Positions 41,311-53,740 of a stretch of 64,000 bases of DNA are shown one piece after another; the stretch's first letter is position 1; each line of letters starts with the position of its first letter. Source of the stretch: Octopus vulgaris. Lineage: Eukaryota. A program made the position numbers and the translations under genes. Below the pieces are notes generated by a model that ran no database searches, was not told the DNA's origin, and saw nothing but the letters and a program-made list of their open reading frames with translations. Location of the stretch: the NCBI GenBank assembly GCA_951406725.2, contig OX597814.1, positions 177,754,001 to 177,818,000 of the forward strand, written 5' to 3'.

Positions 41311-41520
41311 GAGGAGAATTCACACGAAAAAATGACCAAGGCAGGTGGTGTAGACAACAAACAGATGTATTAATTTAACGTTCGGAAAGTGATAACGTCT
41401 TTAAAGGTTCGAGCCCACGCTCTTCCACAGAAATGAACACAGAAAGATACAACGGGAGAACATAAAGAATGTGTAGTGGCTAGCGATCTATCTTGGTAAA
41501 ATCCGGACAGAAGGGTCTTT
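41311..41520 (-). mobile_element. Short non-coding element with a hammerhead remnant (family A)
   Basis: Minus strand CTGTGGAA-GAGC-gtgg-GCTC-GAAC at 41407-41430; homologous to 6023-6230. Confidence 0.6.
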
Positions 41521-41555
41521 CATACACACACACACACACACACATAAATATATAC

Positions 41556-41598
<43 letters not shown>

Positions 41599-41987
41599 TT
41601 ATATATACACACATATACACATATATACACATATATGCATGCATAGATAGATAGATACATACATACATATATACACTACATCTACATGAAACGCGATCGT
41701 ACACAGAATATAGTAGCCACTAAAAGAAACTAACTTCTAGACAAATTTACGTAACAGATTGTATTTCATTTTCAAATAATTGATTTTACTTTGGCAGTAA
41801 AGCTAATGAATTGATTTCATTCCAAATGTCTTCTACCACTCACTTTTACTGAGTGACTCAATCTAATTTCTTCTCGGTTTTTCCGCATCTGTATCCTTGT
41901 GACAAATAGATAGATAATATAGCATTAATTGGCTGTCCAGAGTCCCATTACTCCCTGCTGCAGATATGCTAAATACAGAAATAGGCC

Positions 41988-42046
<59 letters not shown>

Positions 42047-42353
42047 TACGGAATTAGTTGTGAAGTTCAACCCATATAACAACTTGTGTCACTTAAAATA
42101 ATATATTTTTTAAAAAAATAATGTAAATAGAAAAAAAAATAAAAAGCAAATGATTTCCTCTCTTATACGAAAATGGGATAAATCAATATTTAAAACAACT
42201 CTTAATAACAAGTACAAAAGTGTAATTCACTACAGTGAGAGAGACCTTCGTTCGCACGGTGATGAACACTCTCATACGAACATATGGTTAATTACGGAAA
42301 ATTTCTATAACACACTTGAATGTACTTATGCATATGTGTTCGTGAATGTGTAT

Positions 42354-42413
<60 letters not shown>

Positions 42414-42817
42414 ATACATATACACACACATATGTTAAAATATGCATATGAACACACACACATATGTATACGCCCATGTGCATACACCTAAATACACATA
42501 CGTATGTATGAGAATGTGTTATGGAAATGTTCCATAATTAGTCGGTTCTCTTAGTGTCGTTTATACTTCGTGCCAAATAAGCGAGATAGCTGCGCATACG
42601 TGGTCTTCTCAAGTACATGGACCAACGTCTGGGAGTACATCACACCACGCCCATCATCGCGAGAAAGAAGGTATCTTAGTACACTATTTGACACATTTCT
42701 AAGCACTGCATAAGCCGTTTTAATTATTGATTTATATACGTTTATATATATTTACACCCAAACTCAATATTTGTATATGTGTCTATATAATCTATCAGTC
42801 TATGTTGATAACGGAGA

Positions 42818-43097
42818 TAATGATGATGAAGACTTCGACGATGATGATGAAGATGACGACGACACTGATAAAGATGGTGATGTTGACTGGGATGATAATG
42901 ATGCCGACTGTGATAGTAATGATGATGTTGACTGCTGCTGCTGCTGCTGATAGTAATGATGATGTTGATGATGATGCCGCTGAGATAAAAGGTTGTTGGT
43001 GGTTATGTTGATGATGATAACAACGAAGTTGATGATAAATAATAAGGACAAGGACTATCATGTTGACGGTGACGACAACTATGACGACGACGACGAC

Positions 43098-43154
<57 letters not shown>

Positions 43155-43155
43155 A
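42818..43155. repeat. (GAT)n/(GAC)n trinucleotide array
   Basis: Visible; pure (GAT)n at 43098-43154. Confidence 0.95.
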
Positions 43156-43585
43156 TACTTAGTTTTAAAGACAAATTCTCCGATGAAAGAAATATCAAGT
43201 GGCCGCTATCAAATAGACATTTTTCATATGTGATCCACAAAATGTTTTTATATTTGATCCACGAAACAGAGTGAAGATCTAATTTTGATGATGAAATATT
43301 CAATGCCTTAAATCTCATACCAAACTCTGCTCTTTAGGAATAAACACGTAAAATGATGAATTACCTTCTATTTAGTTCGCTGTGGCACTGCTTTGAAGAA
43401 ATTTTGTCAAATATATTGACCCCAGTGCATTTTGTACGTCTGGTACATATTCTGTTAGTCTCTTTTGCCAAAGTGCTAGGTTACGGAGACGTAAACAAAC
43501 AAACAACGGTTGTCAAGCGGTGGTGGGGACAAACACAGACACAAACACACACACTTACACACACACATATACACACAGACTATGG

Positions 43586-43990
43586 GTGACTATGTGGTAA
43601 GTAGCTTGCTTACCAACCACATGGTTCCGGATTCAGTTCCACTGCGTGGCACTTTGGGCAAGTGTCTTCTACTATAGCCTCGAGCCGATCAAAGCCTTGT
43701 GAGTGGATTTGGTAGACTGAAACTGAAAGAAGCCCGTCGTATACATATATATGTATATGTATGTGTGTGTATATATTTGTGGGTCTCTCTTTGTCACCCA
43801 TCCCCAACACCGCTTGACAACCGATGCTGGTGTATTTTCCTACCCGTAATTTAGCCGTTCAGCAAAAGGTGCCGATATAATAAGTACTAGGCTTACAAAG
43901 AATAAGTCCTTGGTTCGATTTGCTCGACTAAAGGCGGTGCTCCAGCATGGCCACAGTCAAATCACTGAAACAAGTAAAAGAGTAAAATAG
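43586..43990 (+). mobile_element. Full-length tRNA-derived SINE (major family) between two minus-strand halves of the same family
   Basis: Head GTGACTATGTGGTAAGTAGCTTGC..GATTCAGTTCC and tail GTAAAAGAGTAAAA. A minus-strand 3' half (~43375-43560) lies to the left and a minus-strand 5' half (~44003-44170) to the right. Confidence 0.85.
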
Positions 43991-44981
43991 TATATATTAT
44001 CCACGACGGGCTTCTTTCAGTATCCGTCTACCAAATTAACTCACAAGGGCTTTCGTCGGCTCGAGGCAGAAGCCTTATGAAGGCCTATTAGAAAACATTA
44101 GCCTAAGGTGCTACGCGGTAGGACTGAACCCGGAGCCATGTAGTTGGGAAGCAAGCTTCTTCACCTATGTAAGGTGACATTCCATAAAGAAGTCCATGAC
44201 ATACAGTGTCTAAACAGAAAAGACGAGTCTAGGCGGCGTGTGAAAACACATTTAATCGAAAGAGAAAATGGCATCATCATTATCACTGTCATCTTCATTG
44301 CCACCGATTTCATCGCCACCTTTTTCATCTTCGTATTTATTGTCATCGACCAATTCGTCACCATCATCAGAACCCTCCTCTTCGCCAATATCCACAAAGT
44401 CAGCATCATGACCACCACTATCATAATCCTTGTCGTTGCCGACGTCATCACCATTATCATTATCTTGTACAACAAGAGTGACAGCAACAGAGTCAAAACG
44501 AAAAGACACATCCTGCTCTATAAATGAACTTATGGAATCGAAATCACGGTTTAAAGGAACCTAAACAGAATAGTTATGTCTTTTAAAGCATCTAAACAGA
44601 ATAGCTGTGTCTTTTAAAATCTAATACAATGGACACTGGTATATTTCAATGTAATGTAATATCATCATTCAACTGAAATGGATTTTAAAATACTTTATGT
44701 TCCTTCTTTAGCAAGTGGAAATCGATAGTTATATTTCTATTTAGATGACATAGTTTTATATTACGAAATTGCATGAGTTTAATTTCAGCGAGCTTGTTGC
44801 TTGTTTCATACACTGCCGTATGCTATATGTATACACACACACAAATATATACCCCCCCACACGCACACATACACACACAAATTTATATGTATGTGTGTTT
44901 GTGCGCATGCGCCTGGGTATGAGGGCTTGTGAATATATGTACACATAAATGCATATATATATATGCGTGAGTATACATACA

Positions 44982-45017
<36 letters not shown>

Positions 45018-45965
45018 AGTATACATACATGCATATATATATATATATATATGCGTGAGTATATGAGTATACATACATACATGCATATATATATATATGA
45101 TTGGTTGTGTGCATGCGCCTTGTTTATGAGGGTTTCTGAGTATAGATATATATATATATACACACGTACATGCACACACACACATACTCACATACACACA
45201 CACACACACACACACAACAAACACATATATATCATGTATGTGTATGAACATACATGCACAAATGTATACGCATGCACATATATAGACGTAGGCATACAAT
45301 AATGCGTATTTGGGCACATTCACACCTATATATGTATTACAGCAATTCTTTGATTTTTAAGTAGATTTTGAAAGTATAGAAACATGCTCAGTTAACTAAC
45401 ATTATAATTAGCGACATTACTGAAAGGCGTAACATCTTTGAATATTTGCGGAGCTGTGAGAAATCAATATTTACTAAAATATAAACATAATGGAAACATC
45501 AGGATATGCTTTAATATGCTTCTTGTGCGTTGTTGTTTCTTTACTTCTTTAGATTTCTTTGATTTATTTAAACAACACCCAACTGAAACAACCTTCCACG
45601 TTTCACTTGTTTCCAAGAACTGTATCAAGCGATTCTTTTATCAAAAATTGTGCCATAAAGATATTTTGCAACGAAATGTACATTCGCATCGAAAATTGTA
45701 ACTTCGTATTTTTATCGTGTAAAACATAGATCTCCGTGTTTATGTGTGTGTTTGTGTGCATGTGTGTGCGTGGATATATAGATATACCCATATATAAATA
45801 TTTATATGTAAATATATATACATATAAATATATTTATATATATATATGTATAATTATATATATGTAATTTATAAATATATAGATATCTATCTATAAGTAT
45901 ATATTAATATATATATATAAATATATATCTGAATATTTATATATATATGTATTAATATTTAAATA

Positions 45966-46300
45966 TCGGGCCATACGTCCCCTGCCCAATTCAAGATCAC
46001 AGCATACATGTACACTGCAACATAATTTCTTTTCCTCAACAGGCCCTGCCCTATTTAACATTGTCCCGAAAGAGATCAAAGAAGAAAAGGATCCCATCAA
46101 CTTTAAACGGAGTCTGGATAGATTCCTTCAAGGAATGCCAGATAAGCGACCCATAATTGGATACAACTCACCCAACAAAAACTCACTACTTGAATGGACC
46201 ATAAACAAAACTTGACTTAAACAGGATTCAAATAATCCTATCAGGTGGTGGTATTAAGTTAAACATGGCCTGGACTAAACTTTGGTCGAAACATATCTCA
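45966..46300 (+). mobile_element. LINE 3' end (CR1/L2 group)
   Basis: Encodes HNFFSSTGPALFNIVPKEIKEEKDPINFKRSLDRFLQGMPDK...NKNSLLEW, followed by a short UTR and (TA)n. Confidence 0.7.
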
Positions 46301-46309
46301 GTTTATATA

Positions 46310-46401
<92 letters not shown>

Positions 46402-46407
46402 TATATA

Positions 46408-46614
46408 GTTAATCCAAACATGAAATCACAAAGAGAAAACACAACGACGCGAGGACGTGGAACAAGTATAGTGTTTTTGGACGCTCAAGAAAGGAAAGAA
46501 AAAAGGAGGATTTAAAGTTTCGAGCGGAGCTCTTCGTCAGAATCACAGGAAAAGGAAAGATAAAAGGAAGGGAAGACGGAGGGAAAATATCGCCAACGAT
46601 ACACACGCGGTCAC

Positions 46615-46617
<3 letters not shown>
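46408..46617 (-). mobile_element. Short non-coding element with a minimal hammerhead motif (family B), in (TA)n
   Basis: Minus strand GATT-CTGACGAA-GAGC-tcc-GCTC-GAAA-CTTTA-AATC at 46509-46544. Confidence 0.65.
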
Positions 46618-46657
<40 letters not shown>

Positions 46658-46739
46658 ATATGCATGAATATATATAAATATATATACTTTTCACTCGTTT
46701 CAGCCATGCGGCTGTGGTCATGCTGGAGCACCATCATAG

Positions 46740-47130
46740 TCTATCTGACTATCTCAGTCTGGGTGCTTCATATCCCCACTCCTATCTGTGTCTTTTTCCC
46801 AGCTGTTGGTACATTTGATCTAAAACTCAAATTGATTCCGCTGCCCTCGTCTGTAACTCATGTCGGGTTGTTGATTCATCCGGTTTTGTGGAGATGAGGA
46901 TGTCTAATTCCTTTTTGAAGACATCTATGCAAATTTCTTAATTTTTGTAGCAGGGCATTGGAAAGCTGTGGCCCTTTGAACCTTAGACTATTACAATACC
47001 TGGTCCTGAATTTAGAAGGATTGGACGGCACCTTTGGTACAATACAATGGCGCCCGTATCTGGCATTTGTATAACACTCAATGCGAAAGTTAGGTACTAG
47101 CCCAGAACAGTTCCCTCGGGTACACCACTT
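46740..47130 (-). mobile_element. LINE fragment (CR1/L2 group), internally deleted
   Basis: Minus strand SGVPEGTVLG (RT motif B) is joined directly to 3'-end sequence YCNSLGFKGPQL. Confidence 0.65.
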
Positions 47131-47134
47131 TTTT

Positions 47135-48660
47135 TAAGGAAGTCATGCAGCCTCTCAATGATAGTCATGTATATAATTTTAGCAAAGAACACGGAAATCA
47201 CAACTATAATAAACTTAATCAATACGAACGCCATAACCATAATTCTACTAAAAGATAAAATAGTATAAATTTTAGCAATTCCTACGTTACTAAGTACACT
47301 AATACTAATACGAATAAACCCAAGAATACTGACAACAAATACCAAAACTGCTTAATTATAGATCAAAATAGGAATATTAAACCAATAATAAAAAAAACGA
47401 AAATAGTCTAAGCTCACCTAATTCCTTCAATAAAACATATATTCATAGAACTCAAGTTAATATAAATGGGAATAAAATAGCAAAAGAGAAAACAAATACC
47501 TTGTGAGAGAATAACTGACCCCCCAAACAAAAACCATCATTCCAATAAAGAAAATAGCGATATCACTACTTGGATAATAATGCCGCTCGCCAAACATCTA
47601 ATATCGAATTTTATTAGATCCATTAGAATGATAATAAGAATTTTAAAAACTCTAAATATGCAAAAATATTAAATAATACAAAGACTTAAATTTCCTATTA
47701 TCTTTAGGATAATTTCTTCTTTTAACAATAAAAAACTGGATCTATTCTATAATAAAAAAAAAAACCTTCGTTAAATGTACCTTGTACTTCTAATAAGCCT
47801 ATAAATAACAAGAACTTTTATCATAATAACCAGAACTCCATTAACCCTAATAAACATAGACATAACACCACAGTACCACCCAAAAATTTAAATTGTAATT
47901 GTAGAGACCCAAATGCCTGTGAAGTGGATATAAATTGCAAAATGAAAGAAGTTGTATACCAAGCAACTATTATTACTCAGGAGTGCTATAAATATATATA
48001 CATTGGTTGGACGAAAGATTCTTTTAAATCGAGAATAAATTAACATAAGTCTTATTTTCGGGACCCTAGAGAAGAGAATAGCACCTCAAAAGATGAAAAT
48101 TAGCACCTCAAAAGAAACAATATTGATTTCTCAATTTCATCGAAAATCTTATCTTCAGCCCCCTCTAATAGATATAATAATAAAATTTGCAGGTTACGTT
48201 TAGAAGAAAGCTATAGCATAATCAGAATGATAGGAAATCTGGTTAACACTAGGGATCAAAGAATTTTCTCATCTATACATATGACCAAATTCCTTTTTAT
48301 CAATCTTATATAATTGCTTAGATATATTTTTGGTGGTTTTTAAAAAATATTTCTATTTCTTATCTTTCTCAATGGAATACAATTTCTCATCACATCCACT
48401 TTACATCACTATATCTTACACTATCTTAATATATTTTCCTTTATCTAAATTTTCCTTCTAACAATTGCATGACCCATCATATATTTGGCTAATACTTTAT
48501 CTACGTTTCTCTATCCTTCTTTCTCTCTTAACAAGTCTGTTTTTTTTATATAATACCTTTCCTTAGTGTATAATTTAGCTATATATTTTATTTTATTTAT
48601 TTGCATAATGTGTCTATTAAAACCCCCTCAACATACCAATTCTAACTAATACTGTTTTAT
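47135..48660 (+). pseudogene. Decayed PLE related to the 36-kb element (linker and GIY-YIG)
   Basis: 47894-48040 encodes CNCRDPNACEVDINCKMKEVVYQATIITQECYKYIYIGWTKDSFKSRIN, i.e. CxCx5C, VVY..YIG and R. Stops and frameshifts elsewhere. Confidence 0.8.
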
Positions 48661-48787
48661 GTCACTCAGATAATATATATATATATATATATTTATATAA
48701 CATAAATATAAATATATATATATATATATATATTAAATATATGTAAATATATATATGTAAGCACATACATCCATACACACAAACATG

Positions 48788-48818
<31 letters not shown>

Positions 48819-49357
48819 CGTTTACATTTACAAACACGCTCACACACATACAAGCATATATATGCATCTCTGCGTGCGTGCATGTGTGTGAGTGTGTGTG
48901 TAGGTGTGCTTTAGCACTCGGCAGATTTCCGTTGCAATAACTATGCCTGAAATCGACTGTGGGCTGTAGGTACCCGATTTTTGTGCATTTATTACTTTGT
49001 ATGATAAAATAGAACATGCAGATCCTCGCAGTATTCTCTGCTACCCACTCGACCTTCTAGAAGGAGCAGGGAATTTTTCGAATATTGAATCTTAGCGGCC
49101 AATGTGGTTTGGGGTTTTACTAATAAAATAGGATGATGTACACAACAGGAATTTCATGAACCTTAGTCGTTCGTGATCATAGTTGTCACATAGATGTTCA
49201 ACTAGAACATCAGCAACAACCAGAGAACACCACTACCACCGACACCAGCAGCAAACTACCGCGCCACACCAATGAATTTGGGATTTGTTTTATCTTTAGT
49301 AAGATCGGTAAAATAAAATAAAGAAAATAGTTGCTACGAATCATATATTTTTTTTTT

Positions 49358-49736
49358 GAAGCACTCCGTCGGTTACGACGATGAGGGTTCCGGTTGAGCC
49401 GATCAACGGAACAGCCTGCTCGTGAAATTAACGTGTAAGTGGCTGAGCACTCCACAGACACGTGTACCCTTAACGTAGTTCTCGGGGATATTCAGCGTGA
49501 CACAGAGAGTGACAAGGCCGGCCCTTTGAAATACAGGTACAACTGAAAAAGGAAGTAAGAGTGAGAGAAAGTTGTGGTGAAAGAGTACATCAGAGACCAC
49601 CACCATCCCTGCCGGAGCCTCGTGAAGCTTTAGGTGTTTTCGCTCAATAAACACTCACAACGCCCGGTCTGGGAATCGAAACCGCGGTCCTACGACCGCG
49701 AGTCCGCTGGCCTAACCACTGGGCCATTGCGCCTCA
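49358..49736 (-). mobile_element. tRNA-derived SINE with a Deu/Nin-like central domain, young
   Basis: Minus head GAGGCGCAATGGCCCAGTGGTTAGG..GGTTTCGATTCCC. Body GAGAACTACGTTAAGGGTACACGTGTCTGTGGAGTGCTCAGCCAC resembles the Deu/Nin domain as I recall it. CpG-rich; acgaatcatata occurs on both flanks (49337 and 49737), a possible TSD. Confidence 0.8.
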
Positions 49737-51269
49737 CGAATCATATATCGCTGTATATAGAATCATAGTTTCAGTGGCCAAGTATTACTTAGCATAATAC
49801 TTGGTTTAGAGTCGGCGTCACACTGTCTGAAAAACCTGACAATGTGAATTACAGGTAAATTCCAACAAACAGCTTTCACACCGTTACAAACTACTCAATG
49901 ACTACAAACTACTCAAAAGTAGAAGTTACACGCCCACACTGCTATGCATATATAATGAATGTGACCTCAAAATCTCGTAACGTCTGTGTACGCCTAGTTC
50001 CTCACTATCATTTAGTAGTCAACAAAACTAATCAAACACTGATTAGTTTAGGCAGAAAATTAAGAAATTTAATGTTTGACTAGCATCTATTTCAATTTAT
50101 GCTCAAGTTTGTAAATGCTGTTAAATAAATAATTTAGTTTTATCGTTGAAATATATTTTATTAATGCTTAACTAACGTCAACTGCGCACTAAAGGTTACA
50201 ATTCCTGCTACAATATCACTGATACATTGTATGCAAAGCCAGTTATATTCTCATTATTAAAGAAACCATTGATACTACATGTCACTATATTCAGCAATAG
50301 TTGAAGTTATCGTCGAACATAAATCACAATATTCAAAATTAATGTGAGGTATGTTACAATAAAAGATCAACCAGTTAATCAGCGCTAAACTTTCATTCCC
50401 GAGTTTCTGAATATCTCTGAAATCTTCGTCAGCGGCATTTAAAGTCATTCTGAAAGCCAAGAATGATTAATGCTTTCATTTATCGAAGGTACGTGTTCTA
50501 GTCCTTGTGGTACGACGCGTTCGGCTCACAATCATAATGTCATGAGTTCAACTCCCAGACCAGATGGTTGTCGCCTTGAGCAGGGCAATTTATTTCACAT
50601 TGCTGCTGACAATTCATCTGTAAGTTGTATCAGCTGAATGGCGGCTGTAAGACCATAAATGTTCTATTAGGTTCTATTAGGTTAAGAGTGAGTGGAACGA
50701 GAGATCTATGTTTGCTCGCGTCTAAATAAGCTCCTAATACAATTAGCAATTGTACGGTGCATATTACGAAGTCATCCTCGCCGAGAGTGACGACTGGCTG
50801 TACAGATCATAAGCTTGCTTTTAGAACGTATTTAAAAATAAAAGTATAATAACTTCCAAGTCTCTTTCAAAAATACTAATATTAGAAGGGAAGGCAAATA
50901 TTCCAGACTGTGTACCCTGTTTATCGATTGCTTATTTCTACACCAACGTGCTCAGCATTACTTTTAGTAATGATTTATAATGATCCAAATTCATTACTGA
51001 ATTTCATTATTGAAAAATAATAGGAGTGGCATTCACTCCATCTTGGCAAAAAGGAGAAATTTCTGAAACCGTTAAAACATAGAATACAAACCGATTTGCA
51101 AACATTGCTTACCGTAAGTTCTAATCATTGGTTTTAAGATTTGGTGAGTTTAACACAGATTTCTAAAAATCGAATAATAATAATAGAGATAAAGATTTTG
51201 TGCTAAGTTATGATCGAACATCGGTTATATTTACCTACTTTCTGAAGGGTATTTTTTATAGATGCAGGA

Positions 51270-52140
51270 AGAATTTAAAAAAATGTAGTAAATTTCAGTG
51301 AAATTTGAACTCAGAATAAAATAGGATGGAAGAACGTTTTGACGCTTATCAAACTCCACCAATATCTCTTTCGCGTTACCTTTAATAATGGTTTTAAATA
51401 TTGGTACAAACCTAGCAATTTTGGGGAAGCAGGTAAAGTCGATTACACAGAAATCCAGTGTTCAAATGATACTTGCTCTCTTGACTCCTAAAAGATGAAA
51501 GGCAAAGTTGCCCTCAGAACATAAAGACGGACTAAATGCTGCGAAGCATTTTTCTCTATTTGCCGCCTTCCCGTTACACATAATTTTTAATGACGGTTTG
51601 TAAGATAGGCACAATTGTATACATTTAACGGAGCGGTGCTAAAATAATTGGTTTTATAGCCTGCAATACTTCACTAATGCTTGAAAGGACGAAAACTTAA
51701 GTAGATTTCGGGGAGATTTGAATGCAGAGCATAAAGTTACATGAGTAAATAACCTGGTTTCCTTCTTCCAGTGCTCTACCGATCTTGCTAATCTCAATCC
51801 TGCAACATCTTTAATTATAATTTCTTATATAGGTACAAAGACACAAACGCAAGGAAATAGATTTGTTGGTTATAGTAGGATTTGGTAGGATATTTGCAGC
51901 GTCAGACAAACACGACTCTTTATATTCCGACTTCTAATCTCACCGAGGTTAACTTTGCTTTGCACTTTCCAGGGTCTGATTTTATTTTATCGACCCTGAA
52001 AAAGTGCAAAGCAAAGTTTAACTCGGTGAGATTTGAAATCAAAACAAAGACCCATATCTAAACATCGGTGAGTCCGACGCTCTAAAAGTCCTCCCAAATC
52101 CTACTACCCGGCGATATCTTTAATAATTGTTTCTGATTCA
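51270..52140. mobile_element. Cluster of decayed CORE-type SINE copies in both orientations
   Basis: Repeated atttgaa(c/t)tcaga and aaaggcaaagtt motifs at ~51300, 51500, 51715, 51950 and 52010. Confidence 0.6.
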
Positions 52141-52393
52141 TGCATAAATTTTCAGAGTGAAAGCGCAGTAAAAGCAGATTCATTTCCCCCCATATATCCC
52201 ACATTTCAAATGTCCTATTTGACGTAATAGTCAAGCAAAAGCATCTTGATAAACGTCATTGTAATAATACGTATCAAATGTGCATGGCCTACTGCTGTTT
52301 GGCTGACAATTAGAATAAAAGAAAAAAGGTTCAATTCCAGGTACAGTTTAAGTAGTAGCTTCAATGAACGATGTTCTGTTGCAATCAGCAGTG

Positions 52394-52565
52394 GAGGTAC
52401 GAGGTTTAGTGGTTAAGGATGTTGCGCTCATAATCACAAGATTGTAGTTTCGATTCCTAGTCCGAGCGATGCATTGTCTTGTTGAGCAAAATGCTACATT
52501 GTTTCAGTAAACTCAGCTGCCAAAAATGAGTAATCCTGCGACAGACCGGTGTTCCGTCCTGGACG
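52394..52565 (+). mobile_element. tRNA-derived SINE (family of 17333-17580)
   Basis: Collinear with 17333-17510. Confidence 0.8.
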
Positions 52566-52608
<43 letters not shown>

Positions 52609-52613
<5 letters not shown>

Positions 52614-53358
52614 CAAGGAAAAATTATAAAAAGGCACAATTGAAGGTAAATTTTAATGAAAATGGCTGTATGGAAAATTAAAAAAAAATTTTTCTTTTTA
52701 ATATATAACAAAATATTAACTCTAACCGATTTTCGAGGCAATGCGACTCTTCAAGAATTGTAAGGTGAAAGGAATTTTTTTTATAATTGAGGTGGTAGAA
52801 AAAAGAAAATTACATTGTTTCTTGCAAAAAATAATAAACATATACAAAAATTAAAAAACAGGTACACTGATACATTGTAAAGTCTTTGTGTATCTCGAGT
52901 TCAAAGATAGTTCTTGGAAAAATTACCTTGGAGGATTAAGATCCATGTGATTAAATCCATCTGGTGTTAATTTAGGATGTTTGTTAAATGAATGTCAAAA
53001 CAGGAAATGGGGTAGGAGTTATCCAGTTCCTGTGGGTAAGGGGAGACAACTATGTGGATTTTGTGCTCTGCAATTGGGATTGTACCTATTTTTTAATTTT
53101 TGTATATGTTTAGAATTTTTTTGCAAAAAACAATGTAATTTCTTTTTTTCCCCCTCCTCAATTATAAAAAAAATTTCTGTTCGCCTTACAATTCATGAAA
53201 AGTCGCATTGCAACGAAAACCGGTTAGAGTTAATATTAAAACAATTTTTTTTTTCCATACACCCATTTTCATTAAAATTTACCTTCTGCCTTTTTATAAT
53301 TTTTCCTTGCCTATCATTTCTCCACGTGCAGTCAACACAACCCTACTATTTATTGACT
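52609..53358 (+). mobile_element. 5'-truncated PLE with inverted pLTR and decayed hammerheads, in (TA)n
   Basis: Diverged inverted arms 52609-52866 and 53081-53314. The spacer encodes LNPSGVNL (52951-52974; P.G.N end of GIY-YIG). HHR-like motifs at 52718-52759 (-) and 53190-53231 (+). Short unique tail. Confidence 0.7.
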
Positions 53359-53386
53359 TATATATTTATATATATATATTATTTTA

Positions 53387-53740
53387 TCTAGTTTCAGCTC
53401 ACGAGCTTCGTACATGCTGGGGCGCCACCATTTGGTGTTGCTACATAATTATACTTCATGAATGCTTCTCAAGAATTGGCATTTGGTGCATGAGAGAGTT
53501 TGATGCAACTGCCCTCATTTGCACCTCCTGCTGCGAAGTTGGTTCATCTGGGACACTTGACAGGAAGAGGTCCAGCTTTATTTTGAAGACATCTGCATCC
53601 ATCCCATGCAGCTCTCTCAGGTCCTTCGGGAGGATATTGAAGAGCTGTGAACCTTTGAAGCCCAGGCTATTGCAGTACCTTTTCCTTCATATTGATGGCA
53701 AATTTGGAGTCCTTGGCACTATGCAGTGACGCCCAGTTCT
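53387..53740 (-). mobile_element. LINE 3' end (CR1/L2 group)
   Basis: Minus strand encodes YCNSLGFKGSQLFNILPKDLRELHGMDADVFKIKLDLFLSSVPDEPTSQQEVQMRAVASNSLMHQM. Confidence 0.75.

Noticed and set aside
42993-43274. Poly-Asp ORF (and poly-Ile ORFs at 15911 and 32860)
   Set aside because: Trinucleotide microsatellites; the flanking residues show no protein-like conservation.
49660-49736. tRNA-like sequences here and at 17333, 43586 and 52394
   Set aside because: A and B boxes are present, but they continue into SINE bodies and I could not fold a complete cloverleaf; treated as SINE heads.
53208-53729. 173-aa plus-strand ORF
   Set aside because: It spans a pLTR arm, a (TA)n tract and the antisense of a LINE 3' end; chimeric and spurious.
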